DNA of 64,000 nucleotides from Thermoanaerobaculia bacterium (GTDB lineage: Bacteria > Acidobacteriota > Thermoanaerobaculia > Multivoradales > Multivoraceae). Positions within the stretch are counted from its first letter, which is position 1. Every line of letters begins with the position of its first letter. A program made the translations under genes and the position numbers. The stretch spans positions 3,424,001-3,488,000 of the forward strand of contig OY762911.1 in NCBI GenBank assembly GCA_963666565.1, given 5' to 3'. Of the stretch, positions 59,463-64,000 are shown one piece after another. The notes beneath the pieces were generated by a model that did not search any database, was not told the DNA's origin, and saw only the letters and a list, made by a program, of their open reading frames with translations.

Positions 59463-60488
59463 GTGTCGAAGTGCTGCCGGCTCCTTGCCCTCGGTTTGCT
59501 GTTCGCCGCCGGCTGCGGGCCGGGCAGCGATGGCAGGGATGCCAGGGAGCTTTCGCTGGCGCATTTCCTGCCGGCGGATCACCCCCTGAACGGGGCCGTC
59601 TTCACGCCCTTCTCCCGGGAACTGGCGGAGCTCTCCGGCGGCAGGCTGACCGTCAGGCAGTTCCCGGCGGGCGCCCTCAACTCGTCGGCCCCGGCGCAGT
59701 ACTCGATCCTGCGGAGCGGCGTGGCCGACATCGCCCTTGCCATCCCCGCCTACACCGCCGACGTCTTTCCGAAGACGGACCTGATCGCGTACCCGGGCAT
59801 CTGCAAGACGACGAGGGACTGCACCGAAGCCATGCTGCGCGCGCGGTCGGTCCTGGAACCGGAGTACCGGGCGCGGGTTCTGGCGCTGTGGTCCAACGCC
59901 GCCCCGGTGCTGGTCACCCGCGACAAGCCGGTACGGACGCTCGAAGACATGCGCGGGCTCAAGATCCGGGTCTCGACCCGGAGCGCCATCCCGTTCATCG
60001 AGGCGCTCGGCGCCAGCGCGGTCATGCAGCCCGCCACGGTCGTCCACCAGAGCCTGGCGACCGGGGTCATCGACGGCGTCGCCCTCTCCCCCTCGGGGAT
60101 CGTCACCTTCCAGCTTCACGAGCTGGCCGCCTACGTGACCACCTGGCTTCCCGCGTCCGGGCTGCCGTTCGTCCTGCTGATGAACCGGGAGGCGTACGAC
60201 GGCCTCGGTCCCGAGGCGCGGGGCTGGGTCGACCAGGCCGCGGACGTCTCCCTGTCCGTGGCCGGGGCCGCCGCCTACGAGCGTGCCGGCGCCGAAGGGC
60301 TGCGCCTGGCGAAGGAGGCCGGCGTCGAGATCATCGATCTGCCGGAGAGCGAACGGCGGCGGTTCGAACGGGCCATCGCCTCCGTGCGCGAGGCGGGCCT
60401 GAAGCGCCGGGTCGGCGACATGACGGCCGGCGAGGTCATCCGTCTGTTCGAGGGACCGGCGGGCGGCTCGCCACCTCGCCGGCGATGA
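59463..60488 (+). CDS. dctP: TRAP substrate-binding protein (probable lipoprotein)
   Basis: AAGC lipobox-like, SGGRLTV..FPAGAL, EDMRGLKIR, LATGVIDG. Confidence 0.9.
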   Translation: MSKCCRLLALGLLFAAGCGPGSDGRDARELSLAHFLPADHPLNGAVFTPFSRELAELSGGRLTVRQFPAGALNSSAPAQYSILRSGVADIALAIPAYTADVFPKTDLIAYPGICKTTRDCTEAMLRARSVLEPEYRARVLALWSNAAPVLVTRDKPVRTLEDMRGLKIRVSTRSAIPFIEALGASAVMQPATVVHQSLATGVIDGVALSPSGIVTFQLHELAAYVTTWLPASGLPFVLLMNREAYDGLGPEARGWVDQAADVSLSVAGAAAYERAGAEGLRLAKEAGVEIIDLPESERRRFERAIASVREAGLKRRVGDMTAGEVIRLFEGPAGGSPPRRR

Positions 60489-61176
60489 CGACGCAGGGCG
60501 GCCCGATCTCCCCGGCGACGTCTCCGGCCGCCAGCGCCTGAAGGGTGGAGCGCACCGTCTTCTGGCCGGATGTCGTCGCCCGCTCGACGATCGCCACCGG
60601 CGTCGCGGGACGGCGGCCGGCGGCGATCAGGCCACGGCCGATGCGCTCCAGGCGGCGCGCCGGCATCAGGACGACGACGGTGTCGACGCCGGAGAGGCCG
60701 GCCCAGTCCGGTTCGCCGCCTTCGGCGTTGCGCGCCGACACGACGGCGAAGCCCAGGGAAACGCCGCGATGCGTCAGCGGGATGCCGGCGACCGCCGGCG
60801 CCGCCACGACGCTGCTCACGCCGGGAACCACTTCGCAGGGCACGCCGGCGGCGGCGCAGGCCTCGATCTCCTCGCCGCCGCGGCCGAAGACGGCCGGGTC
60901 GCCGCCCTTCAGCCGGACCACGTGGGCGCCAGCGCGCGACCGCTCGATCATGAGCTTCTCGATCCGACGCTGGCGGGCCTGCACGTCGTCGCCGGGGCGC
61001 TTGCCGACATCGACGATCTCGGCGCCGGTCTTCGCCTCCGCGAGCAGTTGCGGCGCCGCGAGCCGGTCGTGCAGCACGACGTCCGCCGCCCGCAGCCGCT
61101 TCAGACCCAGGACCGTGATCAGGTCGGGATCGCCGGGCCCGGCGCCGATCAGAGTGACCCGCCCCGAGCCGCTCAC
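60436..61176 (-). CDS. cobA: Uroporphyrinogen-III C-methyltransferase
   Basis: LIGAGPGDPDLIT, LHDRL, RLKGGDPAVFGRGGEE, VPGVSS, GIPLTHRG. Confidence 0.95.
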   Translation of the reverse strand: MSGSGRVTLIGAGPGDPDLITVLGLKRLRAADVVLHDRLAAPQLLAEAKTGAEIVDVGKRPGDDVQARQRRIEKLMIERSRAGAHVVRLKGGDPAVFGRGGEEIEACAAAGVPCEVVPGVSSVVAAPAVAGIPLTHRGVSLGFAVVSARNAEGGEPDWAGLSGVDTVVVLMPARRLERIGRGLIAAGRRPATPVAIVERATTSGQKTVRSTLQALAAGDVAGEIGPPCVVIAGEVASRPPVPRTDG

Positions 61177-61844
61177 CGCCCCGGCGCCTCGGCGACGACG
61201 CCCATGATCCGCTCCGCGCGTTGCCGGGCCTCGGCCGCCCGCCCCTCGCGAAACAGCTCGAGGACCTCCGAGTCCACGAGTTCGTACCAGCGCCGGCGGC
61301 GTTCCTCGAACTCCGGCACGGCGGCCGCCAGCGGCGCCCGCAGCCGGCCCGCCAGTTCCAGCAGCGCTCCGTACTCCGGCCCCAGCTCGCGCTCCAGCCG
61401 CTCGCGCAGGCGCACCGCCAGCGCCGGGGCGCGGCCCGAGGTCGAGATCGCGACGACCAGGTCGCCGCGACGCACCAGGGCCGGCATGATGAAGCTGCAG
61501 TGCTCGACGTCGTCCTCGACGTTGGCGAAGATGCCGCGCCGTTCGGCCTCGGCGAAGAACTCCGCGTCTTCGGCCGCCTCGCCGGGCTCGGCGAGCGCCA
61601 GGGTCGCTCCCTCCAGATCGGCGGCACGGTAGTCCCGGGCGACGTGCTCGATCTCGCCGCGTGCCGCCAGCCGCGCCAGGTCCGGAGTCAGTCCGGGGGC
61701 GACGACGCGCACCCGCGCGCCGCAACGCAACAGCCCGCCGACCCTCCGCTCGGCCACCGGACCGCCGCCCTTGACGACGACCAGCCGCTCGGCAAGCGAC
61801 AGGAAGACCGGGTAGTACGAGGGTGCCCGCGCGTCGCCGCTCAA
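61173..61844 (-). CDS. Precorrin-2 dehydrogenase/sirohydrochlorin ferrochelatase (CysG N-terminal/SirC-like)
   Basis: YPVFL, GGGPVAERR, NVEDD..CSFIMPA, AISTSGRAPALA. Confidence 0.9.
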   Translation of the reverse strand: MSGDARAPSYYPVFLSLAERLVVVKGGGPVAERRVGGLLRCGARVRVVAPGLTPDLARLAARGEIEHVARDYRAADLEGATLALAEPGEAAEDAEFFAEAERRGIFANVEDDVEHCSFIMPALVRRGDLVVAISTSGRAPALAVRLRERLERELGPEYGALLELAGRLRAPLAAAVPEFEERRRRWYELVDSEVLELFREGRAAEARQRAERIMGVVAEAPGR

Positions 61845-62632
61845 CGGGGCTGCAGCACGTGAAGCCCGCATTCCTTGCCGGTCTGGGACTCCCACCACCA
61901 GCGCCCGCCGCGCGCCCCCTCGCCCGGCCGCGACGGCCGCGTACACGGCGCGCATCCGATCGTGCGGTAGCCGCCGTCGTAGAGCGGGTGGTAGGGGACG
62001 CCCTGCTCGTGGATGTAGGCCCACACCTGGTCCTCGGTCCAGTCGAGCAGCGGGCAGACCTTCACCAGGCGCCCCCTGGTCCGGGTCACCCGGTCGACCT
62101 CCACCTTGTTCAGAACGTCCCGGGTCGGCGTCTGGTCGCGGCGCAGGCCGCTCAACCAGGCCGGCGCGTGCGCCAGGGCCCGGCGCATGGGCTCCACCTT
62201 GCGCACGTTGCAGCAGCGCTGGCGCCCGGCCACCGATGCGTAGAAGAGATTCGGTCCCTCCCGCCTGACCAGGCGTGCCACGTCCGACGCGCGCGGCGCC
62301 ACGATCTCCACCTCCACGCCGTAGTGCATCCGGAGGTGCTCGATGTGCCGGAAGGTCTCCTCCGGCAGCCGGCCGGTGTCGAGGGTGACGACGCGGACCG
62401 GCAAGCCGAGCTGGCGGCACATGTGGAGGAGCACCATGCCTTCCGCCTGGAAGGAGGTGGCCAGGGTCAGTTCCCTTCCCCAGCGAGCGTGGGCCCAGCG
62501 CAGCACCTGCTCCGGCGTCGCGAGTTCCAGCTCCATCGCCCAGCCGAGGACGCAGAGATCGCCGTCGGCGGCGGCGCCCGGGAACTCGAGGACGGCGCCG
62601 CCGGTCGTGTCCTGAACCGCCTGTCCGCTCAT
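61841..62632 (-). CDS. cysH: APS/PAPS reductase (4Fe-4S type)
   Basis: LDTGRLPEET, CCNVRKVEP, GLRRDQ, GYRTIGCAPCT, KECGLH. Confidence 0.95.
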   Translation of the reverse strand: MSGQAVQDTTGGAVLEFPGAAADGDLCVLGWAMELELATPEQVLRWAHARWGRELTLATSFQAEGMVLLHMCRQLGLPVRVVTLDTGRLPEETFRHIEHLRMHYGVEVEIVAPRASDVARLVRREGPNLFYASVAGRQRCCNVRKVEPMRRALAHAPAWLSGLRRDQTPTRDVLNKVEVDRVTRTRGRLVKVCPLLDWTEDQVWAYIHEQGVPYHPLYDGGYRTIGCAPCTRPSRPGEGARGGRWWWESQTGKECGLHVLQPR

Positions 62633-62656
62633 TTGTGACAAATACGATCACAAATG
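62630..62656. promoter_or_regulatory. AT-rich palindromic operator candidate at the cysH start
   Basis: CATTTGTGA-N9-TCACAAATG perfect 9-bp inverted repeat. Confidence 0.55.
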
Positions 62657-62675
62657 TCCAAGGGTTGCAACGACG

Positions 62676-63836
62676 CTACCGGAGCGACCGGAGCGTCGCC
62701 GCCAGCGCCTCCAGATCCGCGCGGTCGTTGTACACCTGAGGCGCCACCCGGATCGCCTTGCCGCGAACGGAGACGAAGACCCCGGCTTGCCGCAGGGCCG
62801 CCGCCGTCTCGTCCACGTCGAGACCCCGGCGCGAGCGCAGGCCGAACAGGTGCGCGCCGCGCCAGGCCCGCTCCTCCAGGTCGAAGCCGGCCTCCCGGAA
62901 GACCTCCTCGAACGGCTCGACCAGGTGCTCGCAGTACTCCTGGACCCGGTCCGGCCCCCACTCGAGCACCATGTCGAGCGCGGCGTTCAGCATCGGCACC
63001 TGGATCTGGTTGCTCCGCTCGCCCACGTCGTAACGCAGCGCTCCCGGCCGGTAGGACTCCACGTACTCGATCCGGCCGGCGACGAAACGGTCGCTGCCTT
63101 CGCGCGCCGCCCACGGCTCCTCGAGCGGCACGCCGTCGTCGAAGCGCTCGCCGAACCAGGCCAGGCCGCTCTGGTACGGGCCGAACAGGGTCTTGTAGCC
63201 GGCGACGACCAGAGCGTCGGGCGCCACCTTCTCCACGTCGAACGGCAGCGCCCCGATCGACTGCGTGCCGTCGATCACGAAGGCGGCGCCCACCGCGCGG
63301 GCGCGCCGGCCGATCGCCGCCACGTCGAAGCGGGTGCCGTCCGCCCAGTGGACGACCGGCGTCGCCACGACCGCCGTCTTCCGGTCGATGGCGCGAAGCA
63401 GCCGCCGGTTCCAGGACGCTCCAGGAGTCGGCTTCCCCCTGGCGGAGCGCGCGACGACCCGGATCTCCGCGCCGCTCTCCCCCGCCTTCCGCATCCAGGA
63501 GTAGACGTTGCTCGGAAACTGGTCGCCCAGGACGACGATGTTCTGGCCGCACTCCACCGGCACGTTGCGGGCGGCGGTGGCGATCCCGTAGGACACCGCC
63601 GGGACGATCGCCACCCGCCGCGGCTCGGAACTCCCGATCAGCCGGGCGAAGCGCTCGCGCAGCGCGTCCGTCTCGGCGAAGAAGTCGTCGGCGACGATCT
63701 TCGACGGGTCCCGCCGGCGCGCCATCCCGCGCAGGCCGGCCTCTTCGACCTCGCGGGCGAGCGGCGCCATGTAGGCGCAGTTCAGGTAGTGAAGGCGCGG
63801 CGGCAGTTGAAACCGGTTGCGCTGGCAGGGGAGCAC
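62676..63836 (-). CDS. Class V PLP-dependent aminotransferase (cysteine desulfurase-like)
   Basis: YLNCAYMAP, DQFPSNVYSW, IDGTQSIG, GYKTLFGP, RVAPQVYN. Confidence 0.9.
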   Translation of the reverse strand: MLPCQRNRFQLPPRLHYLNCAYMAPLAREVEEAGLRGMARRRDPSKIVADDFFAETDALRERFARLIGSSEPRRVAIVPAVSYGIATAARNVPVECGQNIVVLGDQFPSNVYSWMRKAGESGAEIRVVARSARGKPTPGASWNRRLLRAIDRKTAVVATPVVHWADGTRFDVAAIGRRARAVGAAFVIDGTQSIGALPFDVEKVAPDALVVAGYKTLFGPYQSGLAWFGERFDDGVPLEEPWAAREGSDRFVAGRIEYVESYRPGALRYDVGERSNQIQVPMLNAALDMVLEWGPDRVQEYCEHLVEPFEEVFREAGFDLEERAWRGAHLFGLRSRRGLDVDETAAALRQAGVFVSVRGKAIRVAPQVYNDRADLEALAATLRSLR

Positions 63837-63853
63837 GGTCCGGCGGTCCGCCC

Positions 63854-64000
63854 CTACGCCGCGGCCAGGGCCCGGTCGAGATCGCGGATCAGGTCGTCGA
63901 CCGTCTCGAGGCCGATCGAGAGCCGCACGACGTCCGGGCCGGCGCCGGCGGCTTCCCGCTGTTCGTCGGAGAGTTGCCGATGAGTCGTCGACGCCGGATG
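63854..64000 (-). CDS. O-acetylhomoserine/O-acetylserine sulfhydrylase (MetY-like), C-terminal fragment
   Basis: Manual translation: [48 protein letters not shown]. Confidence 0.88.
   Translation of the reverse strand, partial: HPASTTHRQLSDEQREAAGAGPDVVRLSIGLETVDDLIRDLDRALAAA

Noticed and set aside
60436-60488. 53-bp convergent overlap of the dctP and cobA 3' ends
   Set aside because: Short tail overlaps are common in GC-rich genomes and there is no evidence of function.

Overview
GC-rich (roughly 70% by eye) bacterial chromosomal window with no rRNA, tRNA, CRISPR array or transposase recognised. 1-33 kb is mostly housekeeping and catabolic genes: GT4, acyltransferase, comM, M23 peptidase-secA-guaB, M24 peptidase-trxA-ribF-rimO, acyl-CoA dehydrogenases, acyl-CoA ligase, hydrolases, a tungsten-type aldehyde:ferredoxin oxidoreductase and an unusual MoaD-phosphotransferase fusion. 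33.1-35.1 kb is a small lower-GC islet carrying a DarT-DarG DNA ADP-ribosylation toxin-antitoxin pair plus an orphan gene. The most striking locus is 38.5-52.9 kb. It has a translationally coupled minus-strand operon (helical protein, ClpB-like AAA+ ATPase with one recognisable ATPase module, NrdG-like radical SAM, zinc-ribbon-FHA, PP2C). Facing it is an array of three recombining non-RD membrane Ser/Thr kinases with N-terminal TxxE repeats and variable membrane C-termini, plus a second copy of the helical gene. I do not recognise this as a characterised system; it is a candidate phospho-signalling or conflict system. 52.9-64 kb holds a DUF5916-like protein, a DsbA/HCCA isomerase-like protein, a TRAP operon interrupted by an NCS2 permease fused to a degenerate RsbW-like domain, and sulfur assimilation/siroheme genes. 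Several intergenic palindromic repeat families are also present. All product calls come from visual motif recognition, not database searches, and several start codons were re-chosen by eye.
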